Under the pieces are notes generated by a model. The model was given only the letters and a program-made list of their open reading frames with translations. It did no database searches and was not told the DNA's origin. A DNA stretch of 64,000 nucleotides from positions 21,164 through 85,163 of the forward strand of contig NIVC01000496.1 of assembly GCA_002269645.1 (NCBI GenBank). The letters run 5' to 3'. How positions within the stretch are numbered: the first letter of the stretch is position 1; each line of letters opens with the position of its first letter. Shown in pieces: positions 15,661 through 27,600 of this stretch. A program made the translations under genes and the position numbers. Source of the stretch: Macrostomum lignano (taxonomy: Eukaryota).

Positions 15661-18600
15661 ATGCTGCGGATTTTGCTGCTGCTGCTGCCGCTGCTTCTGC
15701 TGCAGCAGCTGCTTGGAGTCAGCGGCCAGGCGCAGGAAGGTGAGGCAATCGGCAAGATTTCCCCCGAGTAAAATCGCTAAAGCTTGCTTAATAATATGAG
15801 AACTTAGAGTTTCTCATCATAGGACAGTATCTCTCACGAGCTCACAGCTTTAAATTAAAATCTGAAACTCTCGAACTAAGTGCCAGAGTCTTGAACTAGC
15901 TCTAACTCTCGAACTAAGTGCCAGAGTCTTGAACTAGCTCTAACTCTCGAACTAAGTGCCAGAGTCTTGAACTAGCTCTAACTCTCGAACTAAGTGCCAG
16001 AGTCTTGAACTAGCTCTAACTCTCGAACTAAGTGCCAGAGTCTTGAACTAGCTCTAACTCTCGAACTAAGTGTCAGAGTCTTGAACTAGCTCTAACTCTC
16101 GAACTAAGTGCCAGAGTCTTGAACTAGCTCTAACTCTCGAACTAAGTGTCAGAGTCTTGAACTAGCTCTAACTCTCGAACTAAGTGCCAGAGTCTTGAAC
16201 TAGCTCTAACTCTCGAACTAAGTGCCAGAGTCTTGAATGGAGGCAACCAGAATCGCAAAGTCTGCGACATCAAAGGTGAAGGTCCTGCTACTTGTCTTCT
16301 TTGATGCAAGGGACATGTGTCAAGCAGTATCTGGTGAACAGCAATGTTACTTTGCTGGAGCAGTTTCCATCCAGGGATTTTTTCCTGAATCTCAGAGAGG
16401 GGGCGCAAAGGAACTCTTTTTCCCAACATAGATCATCAGGAGAGCCACAACGAAGGAACTTTGGAGTGTTCAGACCACATGCACACAGAACTTCTTAAGG
16501 AACGACCTGGGAGAGGTTTATAGAAATTATATGCACTACTTTTTAAACTTTTCAGAGTCCTACACCTTGGTGATCAAGACTGGCAAAACGGGGACCACCA
16601 ACAAGGTTTTCTTCAGCCTTAAGGGCCAGATGGGCGATTCCCCACAGCAGAGCATCAACTTTGATGGCTCCGACAAGCCTATCACGAGCATGTTCACACC
16701 GGGAAAGTGAGTGCCTTCACTGGGCTAGGGGAGCATTCCCAAGAGCACAGCATGTTCACACCGGGAAAGTGAGTGCCTTCACTGGGCTAAGGGAGCATTC
16801 CCAAGAGCACACAGGATGTTCACACCGGGAAAGTGAGCCCAGTTCACTGGGCTAGGGGAGCATTCCCAAGAGCACACAGGATGTTCACACCGGGAAAGTG
16901 AGCCCAGTTCACTGGGCTAGGGGAGCATTCCCAAGAGCACACAGGATGTTCACACCGGGAAAGTGAGAGCCTTCACTGGGTTAGGGGAGCATTTCCCAAG
17001 AGAACATCTGCAACAGTCGCTGCCATTCTCTCTCGCAAGGGTGGATGTCATCGAAGGCAAATTTCGCGGAGCCCTGGGCTACATCAGCACAGTGAAGGTC
17101 AGCCAGGACTCTTACAATGGCTGGGAAATCGAAAGTGTAAGTTGTCTTGCACTCGCTTGTCTGCTTTAAGTAGTTATTTAGGAGTCGCAGTGCTATGCTC
17201 ATACCCTTTGGCCCCTTTGGCCACTGAAAGTGCCAGACTGGCGCGACCGAGTTCAGTTTTTGTTGTCTCTCTCAGTTAACAGCCACCTCATCAGTGGTAT
17301 CGCTGATGTGCAAAGAACAACCGAAATCGGAAGGCCTTAGAATCCTGTTACACCGCGTTTTATGTTTCTGTTAGCGATGCATCATTATGTTTGCTGCAAT
17401 TCCACGTGCCCTCTCAGATTGTGGTCTTCAGTGACACCACCAGGGTGTCCAACAACGAGACCTACATTGTTCGGCAGCCCCAGGACATCAGCTTCAACGG
17501 TGAGCAGCGAATTGTCCTTGCTCCATGCTATGACATTCCCATGACCCATGTGAGCACCGACACTGTGCTTTCCTGCTCCATGCTATGACATTCCCATGAC
17601 CCATGTGAGCACCGACACTGTGCTGTCCTTGCTCCATGCTATGACATTCCCATGACCCATGTGAGCACCGACACTGTGCTTTCCTGCTCCATGCTATGAC
17701 ATTCCCATGACCCATGTGAGCACCGACACTGTGCTGTCCTTGCTCCATGCTATGACATTCTCATGAACCATGTGAGCACTGGAACTGAGCTGCCCTTGCA
17801 CCCTGCTATGACATACCATAACCCAATGACTTACAGTGAACTGCGGCTGGAGCGCCTGGAGCAGCTGGATGACCTGCCAAGGCACCTGCGCCACAGGTGG
17901 GGTCCAGATGCGAATCCGCAACCCGAACAGCCCGCCCAGGATCAACTCTGGCAAAGCGTGCGAGGGCTCCGAGTTCGAGCAGCAGCCCTGCAAACTGGCA
18001 ATGGACTGTCCGGGTAAGACTGGGCTTCGGGTGCTGGGTCCAGTAGCTAGGCATGCAACTGGGTAGCTGGGAATGCAACTGGATAGCTGGACATGCAACT
18101 GGATAGCTGGACATGCAACTGGATAGCTAGACATGCAACTAGGTAGCTGGACATGCAACTGGGTAGCTGGACATGCAACTGGATAGCTGGACATGCAACT
18201 GGATAGCTGGGCATGCAACGGGGTAGCTTGGTAAGTGGTATTTAGTTTGCTTATCCGAGGTATGAAGCGGTGTCAAGAAGCCATATCGGGTATTATTAGG
18301 TCGAGTAAACTCAAGCTCAAACAGTAAACACCTGGCCAGGCCGAAACTTATTGAGGTAAAAATTGAGTCAGAATTTCACTACCAGCATGTACAGAGTCTA
18401 TCGGCCACTCACTCCACCTGTCAATTTTTACACCCCAAATTCCACAGTGAATGGCAACTGGAGCGACTGGTCCCCCTGGAGCGCCTGCAGCGTCAGCTGC
18501 GCCCAAGGCAGCCGCAGCCGCAGCCGCACCTGTACGAACCCGGCGCCCGCAAACGGCGGACTGGACTGTGTCGGCGCCGCCAGCGACACCGGAGTCTGCA

Positions 18601-21600
18601 CCGAGTCGCCCTGCCCCAGTGCGTCCTCAGATCTTACTCTGACTACTCTGAGTCGCTAGCAAATAACTCTGTAACTTGTATTGGAAACTTCTTATTATAT
18701 CTGTCTGGCAGCTCAGACTCTTGTTACCTCATCTGGGATTTCATCTCTGGCAATCACGGAAACCCTGATTTGATCAATCCGTTACTTCGCCGGCTGGCCC
18801 TGTGGGAAATATAGCTTACTATGTTAGACCAGGTGTCGGGTGCCAAAAAGCGGCCAATATTGCAGAAAGATCGACCCCAAGAGCTCCCCAAGCCAGCAGA
18901 TCCGCACCCGCCCCGCAGTCGATGGCCAGTGGGGCAGCTGGTCCCCGTTCTCCGCCTGCAACGCCAGCTGCGGCCCCGGAGTCCAGACCCGAGCTCGCCT
19001 GTGCAACTCGCCAGAGCCGAAGTTCAACGGCAGGAACTGCCAGGGCGACGGAATCGAGCTCAAGACCTGCGAGCTGACTCCATGTCCCAGTGAGTTGGGC
19101 TGGCTTCCATAGCAACCATCACCTACATAAACCTGTTGAGTCACGCTCCCGTAGCATTCACCGCAAAGTCACAGCCTCACAGCCCCATCCGTGCCCCAAC
19201 CCGCTGAGTCCGTGGCGCACTCGAAGTGCTGGGGTGGGCGTTGCGTGCAGCAGCCGGAGTCGGGACGAGGCTTCAGCGCGGCCGTTTCCTCGGCAACTTG
19301 TCGCCAGGAATTGTCCGAGGTAAGGTGCCGAATTTATCTCAGTAAATCTCTGTGTGCATGAATAGGCCTGCTTGAGCTGTGGTTGGATGAAAGCTTTCAA
19401 ATTTATTCAGCGCAAACTCATTTTTACGATTTTTTATAGCGTTAAAAAGACATATAGAATCGCTTCAACACTAAAGCTCGTATTTCACAAATCCTTTCTT
19501 CCATGAGCTGCTGGTCCTCAATGTGGACTGCAGCTCCAGTAGCTCTGGCACAAATCCTCACGCAATTCTGTCCATGAGCTGCTGGTCCTCAATGTGGACT
19601 GCAGCTTCAGTAGCTCTGGCACAAATCCTCACACAATTCTGTCCATGATCTGCTGGCCCTCAATGTGGACTGCAGCTCCAGTAGCTCTGGCACAAATCCT
19701 CACGCAATTCTGTCCATGAGCTGCTGGCCCTCAATGTGGACTGCAGCTTCAGTAGCTCTGGCACAAATCCTCACGCAATTCTGTCCATGATCTGCTGGTC
19801 CTCAATGTGGACTGCAGCTTCAGTAGCTCTGGCACAAATCCTCACGCAATTCTGTCCATGAGCTGCTGGTCCTCAATGTGGACTGCAGCTTCAGTAGCTC
19901 TGGCACAAATCCTCACGCAATTCTGTCCATGAGCTGCTGGCCCTCAATGTGGACTGCAGCTTCAGTAGCTCTGGCACAAATCCTCACGCAATTCTGTCCA
20001 TGATCTGCTGGTCCTCAATGTGGACTGCAGCTTCAGTAGCTCTGGCACAAATCCTCACGCAATTCTGTCCATGAGCTGCTGGCCCTCAATGTGGACTGCA
20101 GCTTCAGTAGCTCTGGCACAAATCCTCACGCAATTCTGTCCATGATCTGCTGGTCCTCAATGTGGACTGCAGCTTCAGTAGCTCTGGCACAAATCCTCAC
20201 GCAATTCTGTCCATGATCTGCTGGCCCTCAATGTGGACTGCAGCTTCAGTAGCTCTGGCACAAATCCTCACGCAATTCTGTCCATGAGCTGCTGGCCCTC
20301 AATGTGGACTGCAGCTTCAGTAGCTCTGGCACAAATCCTCACGCAATTCTGTCCATGAGCTGCTGGCCCTCAATGTGGACTGCAGCTTCAGTAGCTCTGG
20401 CACAAATCCTCACGCAATTCTGTCCATTATCTGCTGGCCCTCAATGTGGACTGCAGCTTCAGTAGCTCTGGCACAAATCCTCACGCTTCACTTTAACAGT
20501 CATAAACAGAGCCGGAACGGCTGCACCAGGCTATGGCAGTCCCAACAAGAACTGCAACCCGACAGCCCGACATTCCAGACCAGCTTTACTTTATTGCTAA
20601 TGGCTGGCGACTGAGATGCCCACTCCAGAGCCGTCTGCATCTCCAGATTCCCTCGCAATCGAACTCACAGGTTCACAAAGTTACACAGTTCTGTGGCATT
20701 CTGTTGGTGCATGGGTGCGTCTGAGAGCAACTCTGCGATTTTAATTTGCATAAATTAAGCCTGGCTGCCACCTCAGATTCAAGAGACAAAATGCCATCTT
20801 GATACCAGATTGCTCTTCGCCATAAGTCAGTGGATCCTCAGCTGATGCCCATCAGTCAGAGGATCCTCAGCTGATGGCCCATCAGTCAGCGGATCCTAAG
20901 CTGATGGCCCATCAGTCAGTGGATCCTAAGCTGTAGGCCCATCAGTCAGCGGATCCTCAGCTGATGGCCCATCAGTCAGCGGATCCTCAGCTGATGGCCC
21001 ATCAGTCAGCGGATCCCAGACAATAGCCAATGAGTTGTTTCCCATATCGCCCAAAGCAAATTCGATGAACATCCCGCAGTCGACGGCGGCTGGTCCAGCT
21101 GGGGCGAGTTCTCCAGCTGCTCGAGCTCGTGCGGCGACGGCATCGAGATTCGAAACCGGCCCTGCACGAACCCGCCTCCCCAGTTCGGCGGGCGGCCTTG
21201 TCCGGGGAGCGCCAACGACTCGAGGTCATGCAATCTCAGGCCATGCCCGAGTGAGTGGCTAGGGGCTTCCCAGCAGTTTAATGGTGGTCGAATATCGGGA
21301 TTTAATAAAAACTGCACGAGAGACCCGCAGAGACTCGAGATGTCCAATCCCGAACCCCTAAACCTTCCAGTTGACGGCCAATGGAGCGAGTGGTCCACCT
21401 TCTCTGGGTGCAGTCGCAGCTGTGGCTCCGGCAAGCAGTGGCGCGGCCGCCAGTGCGCCAGCCCGGTCCCGCAGTTTGGCGGTCTCGACTGCCCCGGCGG
21501 AGCCAACGAGACCCGCGAGTGCAACACCAACCCTTGTCCAGGTGGGTGCTTCGCGTGGAACCAGTTTCCTGATCGAAGACTTAAATCCAGAGAAAGTAGA

Positions 21601-24600
21601 GAGAATCATTCGAGTAAAAGGGTTGACCACGTGTCCATTGGCAAGATAATATGACTTTTAGACTCTCTCAGCAGCCAGCCTCCCTGCATCCGACGCCATT
21701 TTCTTGAACTTCCCTGCAGTGGACGGCGGCTGGTCTGCCTGGTCCGCCTTTGCTGACTGCAGCGTCACCTGCGGCAACGGCAGCCACAGCCGCCAGCGCA
21801 GCTGCAGCAGCCCGGAGCCGCAGTTCGGAGGCCTCAACTGTTCTGGCGAGGCGGTCGAATTCGGCAACTGTAACCCCCGACCTTGCCCGAGTGAGTGACA
21901 GCCGCTGCTCCCCCTGCCAGCCCCACCTGCCCGAGTGAGTGACAGCCGCTGCTCTCCCTGCCAGCCCCACCTGCCCGAGTGAGTGACAGCCGCTGCTCCC
22001 CCTGCCCATCCCCACCTGCCCGAGTGAGTGACAGCCGCTGCTCTCCCTGCCAGCCCCACCTGCCCGAGTGAGTGACAGCCGCTGCTCTCCCTGCCAGCCC
22101 CACCTGCCCGAGTGAGTGACAGCCGCTGCTCTCCCTGCCAGCCCCACCTGCCCGAGTGAGTGACAGCCGCTGCTCTCCCTGCCAGCCCCACCTGCCCGAG
22201 TGAGTGACAGCCGCTGCTCTCCCTGCCCAGCCCCACCTGCCCGAGTGAGTGACAGCCGCTGCTCCCCCTGCCCATCCCCACCCTGCCCGAGTGAGTGACA
22301 GCCGCTGCTCTCCCTGCCCACCCACCCTGCCCGAGTGAGTGACAGCCGCTGCTCCCCCTGCCTATCCTAGCCTTGCCCGAGTGAGACTACCGCTTGTCGG
22401 GGCTCGGGTCTGGCTGCTCACTTCTTCATCGTACAGCTCACCTCCTCACATATTTGACCTTTTAATTAGCTTTCGAATAGACCAGAATTTATTACGAGCA
22501 TTGAGTGCATGGTCCGGATGCGCAGTAATTAATAAGCCGTGGCAGCACTGGACAACCCATGCACTCGCAATGGCAATTAAATCTCAGTGCTTCAAGCCAA
22601 GCCATGCCATGGAACTCTCCCGCAGTTGACGGAGCCTGGACCAGCTGGTCTGACTACTCGGCCTGCTCGCTCACCTGCGGCAGGGGTCGCCAGTGGAGCC
22701 AGCGGAGCTGCAGCGCTCCGGAGCCGCAGTTCGGCGGGAAAAACTGCCCAGGAAACTCCACCCGCGACCGAGCCTGCCTGGTCACTGAGTGCCCCGTGGA
22801 CGGCCTCTGGGGATCCTGGGGCGCCTGGGAGAGCTGCAGCGTCACCTGCGGCAGCGGCACCGCCTGGAGGAGGCGGCACTGCGACTCCCCGGAGCCTCAG
22901 TTTGGCGGCAGCCGCTGCAGTGGTGCAGGCAACGAGAGCACGCCCTGCCATCCGGAGGACTGCCCCAGTGCGTGCTGCCGCATGGTCTTGCTTCCCGTTT
23001 CCCCTGTACTCAGCGCATTTGTGCTTGGGCCATTTTCGCCTATTCCCCGCCCCTGGTTTGTCAATCCAGCTGCACCTTGCAGACGCCGTCACCCGTTCAC
23101 AGTCATCCCGCCGTTTCTTCCATATTATTTTTTTCAATTCTCCGTCATCGCCCGAATTTCAGTAAACGGCGGCTGGTCGCCCTGGTCGGAATTCACCGCC
23201 TGCTCCAGGTCTTGTGGGGGCGGCCAGCGCAGCCGCACTCGGCGGTGCGACTCCCCGCCGCCCCACGCCGGCGGCGCTGACTGCGTTGGCAGCGGAAGTG
23301 ACGTCCAGGACTGCGGCACGGACCCTTGCCCAGGTCTGGCTTGTCTCCTACAAGACTATGCGATATGAGTTATGACCCCGCTGCCAACTATAGCAAGATT
23401 TTCCATCTATATTAAGCTGTTGCGTTTGTGTACGGTTGGGTTGCCAGACAGAAGAATGCCTGCAGGGCCATAGACTTCAGCAGGGGTGTAGCCAGTGAGA
23501 CAAGGGTGCCGCTGATAAAACTCATGTCACCCCTTCGCAACTGATTTGGAGCCCATTCACGTCAGTTGTGGTGTCCCCTACCTGCTGATTTGGCCCCCTC
23601 ACAGAAGGTGAGCCCTTGGTGCCCCTTGATGCTGGCGCCCCCTTGGTGCTAGAGCCCGTTGTTGATGGTGCTTTAGTGTCTCTGGGAGTATCTAATATTT
23701 TGACCGGGTTGAAATTGCTGTCGCCAAACCGATTGAGGTGTATCGTCCTTCCTGTCTCGTTTTTGTTTCTGGTCTGGAAAAAGCGCAAACTTGAAATCAT
23801 GAGATGCTGAAGAGAATTCACAGATGCATTTTTTATATCCGCCCTCACCCCAGTGAACGGAGGCTGGGCGCAGTGGAGCGCCTGGGGCAGCTGCTCCAGG
23901 AGCTGCGGCTCTGGCCTGGTGCAGCGCAGCCGCGGCTGCACCAACCCTGTGCCCGAATTTGGGGGCGACGACTGCGCTGGCGAGGCTGTCCAATCCACCG
24001 CCTGCGACATCCCCGTCTGCCCCGGTGAGGCCCGCCCTGCCCCAAACACCGCCTGCGACATCCCCGTCTGCCCCGGTGAGGCCCGCCCTGCCCCCAAACA
24101 CCGCCTGCGACATCCCCGTCTGCCCCGGTGAGGCCCGCCCTGCCCCCAAACACCGCCTGCGACATCCCCGTCTGCCCCGGTGAGGCCCTCCCTGCTCTCT
24201 ACCGGGTACTGCTCAGGATGACCCCTCAGCTCCCAGCTGACTTTTAAAGCTGATTAATCGGGTCGTCAGGCTGTTTAACGGCTCTGCAGCCCCGACCCAC
24301 GAAGCCTTTCGAGAGTCAAAAAGTCACTGGAATCACAGAAATTCATGAGTTTTTTGTTCCATCTTTTTGTTAACTAGTTTGTTTCTTGATATTCTGTTTG
24401 ACCTTTTCGTTCGCAAAGATTTACCTTTCTGCCAATCTGCCTTAAAAGCGAAGTGTAACTGAGCCGCCTGCCAATTCAATTCCATTCCCAATTCAATTCC
24501 AGTGAACGGAGGCTGGGGGGCATGGGGCCAGTGGGGCGACTGCAGCCTTAGCTGCGGTGGCGGCAACCAGCTGCGCTCTCGTCAGTGCGACTCGCCGAGA

Positions 24601-27600
24601 CCGCAAAACGGCGGAGGAGCCTGCGTTGGCACCGCCAGTGACGGCAGGCAGTGCAACACGGACCCCTGCCCCAGTGAGTGCCCTCGTTTGTCCACACAAA
24701 TTACTCATGTCTTCAGCACCACTCGACTGACTTCGGGCTTTCAACTTAGGGTTTTACCTGAAAGCAAGTCACACAGACATCCGCCCTCTCCGACTGCAGT
24801 TGACGGTGGCTGGTCAGCCTGGAGCGAGTGGTCCGGCTGCTCCACCAGCTGCGGTACCGGCAAGTCGACCAGGCAGCGCGGCTGCTCGAGCCCTGTGCCG
24901 CAGTTTGGTGGCCGGGGCTGCTCAGGCAGCGGCTCAGACATTCGCGACTGCCAACAAGGGCCCTGTCCAGGTGCGTTTCCTTGACCACTGACGTGACTTG
25001 GTCTTTCATGAATATATCTATGTATGAAAATATTGTGGCATGGAATCGCTTCCGATTTTATGTGCTCATCAACAGTGCACGGAGGCTGGAGCGAGTGGAC
25101 CGAGTTCTCGAACTGCTCCGTAACCTGCGGCAATGGAACCCGTAGCCGGAGCCGCAGCTGCAGCAGCCCGGCCCCCCAGTACGGTGGCCGCTTTTGCCTG
25201 CCCTGCACCGCAAACCTTACCTATCCGGAGTCTGCCGACAACGCCTCTGTCTCTTTGGCAACTGTTGTCAAGGACTACGTGAGCGTTGAGGACAATTGCT
25301 CCTACAAGGGAAACTACTATGAGGTGGACGGCGATCTCATAATTTGGGACGATGACGTTCAGTACGCGAACTGCAGCATGGAGCCCTGCATATGTGAGTC
25401 ACCCCATCGTAGGTCCTTTGGTCTCCCTATAAATTAGCGATTGCACATTTACTTCGTACCTCAACCCTCTCAATACGCAGCGACCCTTGCTGACAAGGCC
25501 AACAGTTTCGTTGACGAATTCCTCAAAGGCCTGAACAACTCAGGGACCAACAAATCCGTAAGTGCAGGAGAGCCCCTAGTTGCAATTTCGCTCAATTACT
25601 TTGCACCTATTTTGTAATTGCGGCTGCATCTTCTCTCTACGCTGGCCCGCAGGACTCGGAGTCCATGAAGGCCGCACAGGAGATGGTGAACAAGATTACA
25701 AACCTGTTGGCAGATCAGCTGAAGAACGCGGAGGTGGGTAAGCCTGTGATGATCGACGCCAAGGGCGTCTCCGTCGGCGTGTCGAAGGTGAACTCGTCCA
25801 ACATGGCGGGCTCCGAGATGAAGTCCGGTGACAAGGGCGGCATCGTGCTGGGCGACGCAGAAGATACCGGGGTCGAGGGCCAGGACGCCAGTCTGAAGTT
25901 CTCAGCCCTGGACCCAAAGACCTTCTTCCCGGGCGCCGACAAGAAGGACCAGTCCGCGGCAGTTGTTTCCCTCAACCTGGCCCAGGGAACTGAAGTGAGT
26001 TGGGCTTTTCCCGGCCATCAGTGCTGAGCCAGAACCCAAAATGTCTCCTGGAAATCTGATTCATTTCATTATGGCAATTGATTTTAGGTGGTGAAGCCAA
26101 GCAACGCCTCAAAGGTGTCGCTAACGCTATCGCTGCCCAACCAGAACCAGGAGACCACCGAGAACCTGCTGCAGCCGGTGGCCATGAAGCGTGGCAAGCG
26201 GATGGTGCAGAAGTTCACGTTCGAGGCGGCGAACACTGCCATCAAGGTATGAGCAGCAGCGAGCCTCACTGCATTGTCTGAAAAATCGTGCTGTGAGACA
26301 GTGCGCAGAAAAGTTAACTGAGCTCCGATGAAGAAATGAAGAAAAAACCGATAGCCGGGATGCATTAGCGGGACCTTTCAATGAATTTGTCGCCCCGCCC
26401 CTCAGGCGTCACTGGAGCTGCCATCTTCGGACTCCTACCTGATGATGTTCCGAGGCGGCGTCCCGGCCAACTTCAGCAAGCAGGCGAACTTTACGGCTTG
26501 GGTGCACTCCAACGAAACCATGAAGATCGAGACGGACGGCAGCCTGGAGGTCCGGCTGAAGTTCGACACCGCCTTGGCGGCTGCTCGGCGGCGACGGCGA
26601 CGCGAGACAGCCTCGCCGGAGAAGCCGCTGACGCTGAGCGTGTTCATCCCCGGTGGCCAGATGGCGGCGGGCAGCGCCGTTTTCATGTCGCTGGAGCTCG
26701 CGGACAACGGGACGGCGGCGGCAGCCTCCGGCAGCAACGTGACGACGGAGTCGGCCAACATGAGCCTGACGGTGGGGGTGGCGTCCATTACGCCGAGGGC
26801 GTGGAGCGACCTGCTGGGAGGCTGGGTGGACACGGACGCAGAGGTGGCGGAGGAGTCCAGCATCGAAAAGATGGTGTTCAAGAGCAACTTCTTCGGCTCG
26901 TACTCGGGCAAGATGTTCATCGCGCCCAACACCATCAATTTTGCCACCGTTTTCAACAACTTCGCGGGCAAGCTGGCTGAGAACTTTGTCACGCTGTTGG
27001 TGCTGTGTCTCATCATAGGCATCTACGTGGTCGTCTCCGTCTGGATGTGGCGACTGGACCGACAGGAGGCTGCCAATGTAAGTGCCAGCAGGCTGGGACT
27101 ACGGCAAATTTGGATTACTTGCCACTGGGTCTCCGCATGTATAGGCCTTATTAGGCAGTGTCGGTGTTACGTTGAACATATGTGGTACAGTCACACAGTA
27201 TAAATTCCCTTAAGCTGTGCACAAAGGCTGCCTGAGCAATAATAAAGATCTAAGGATGATTTGGATTGCCAGAGTGAGCTAAGGGGACAGTGGCTAAGTG
27301 TTCTATTAACATATTTATTTGAGAGTTAACGCAAGCGCTAGTTCCTCTGAGATGGAAGAGTTTTGTTTTTACTGCAAGATTTATACTTTTTATTTCGAGG
27401 CTATGAGCTAAGTAGCCGATCTTTGTACACACTGCATGCTTCAACAAATGGAATGATTGGCACAGCATGCGGTCTCAACCCAATCCACTCACTCAGCTGC
27501 GGTATGAGCCCCTGGAGGACAACGAGTTCGACAATGACTACACCTTCATCATCAGCGTGTACACCGGGGACGAGTCCGGCGCCGACACCACCTCGAATGT

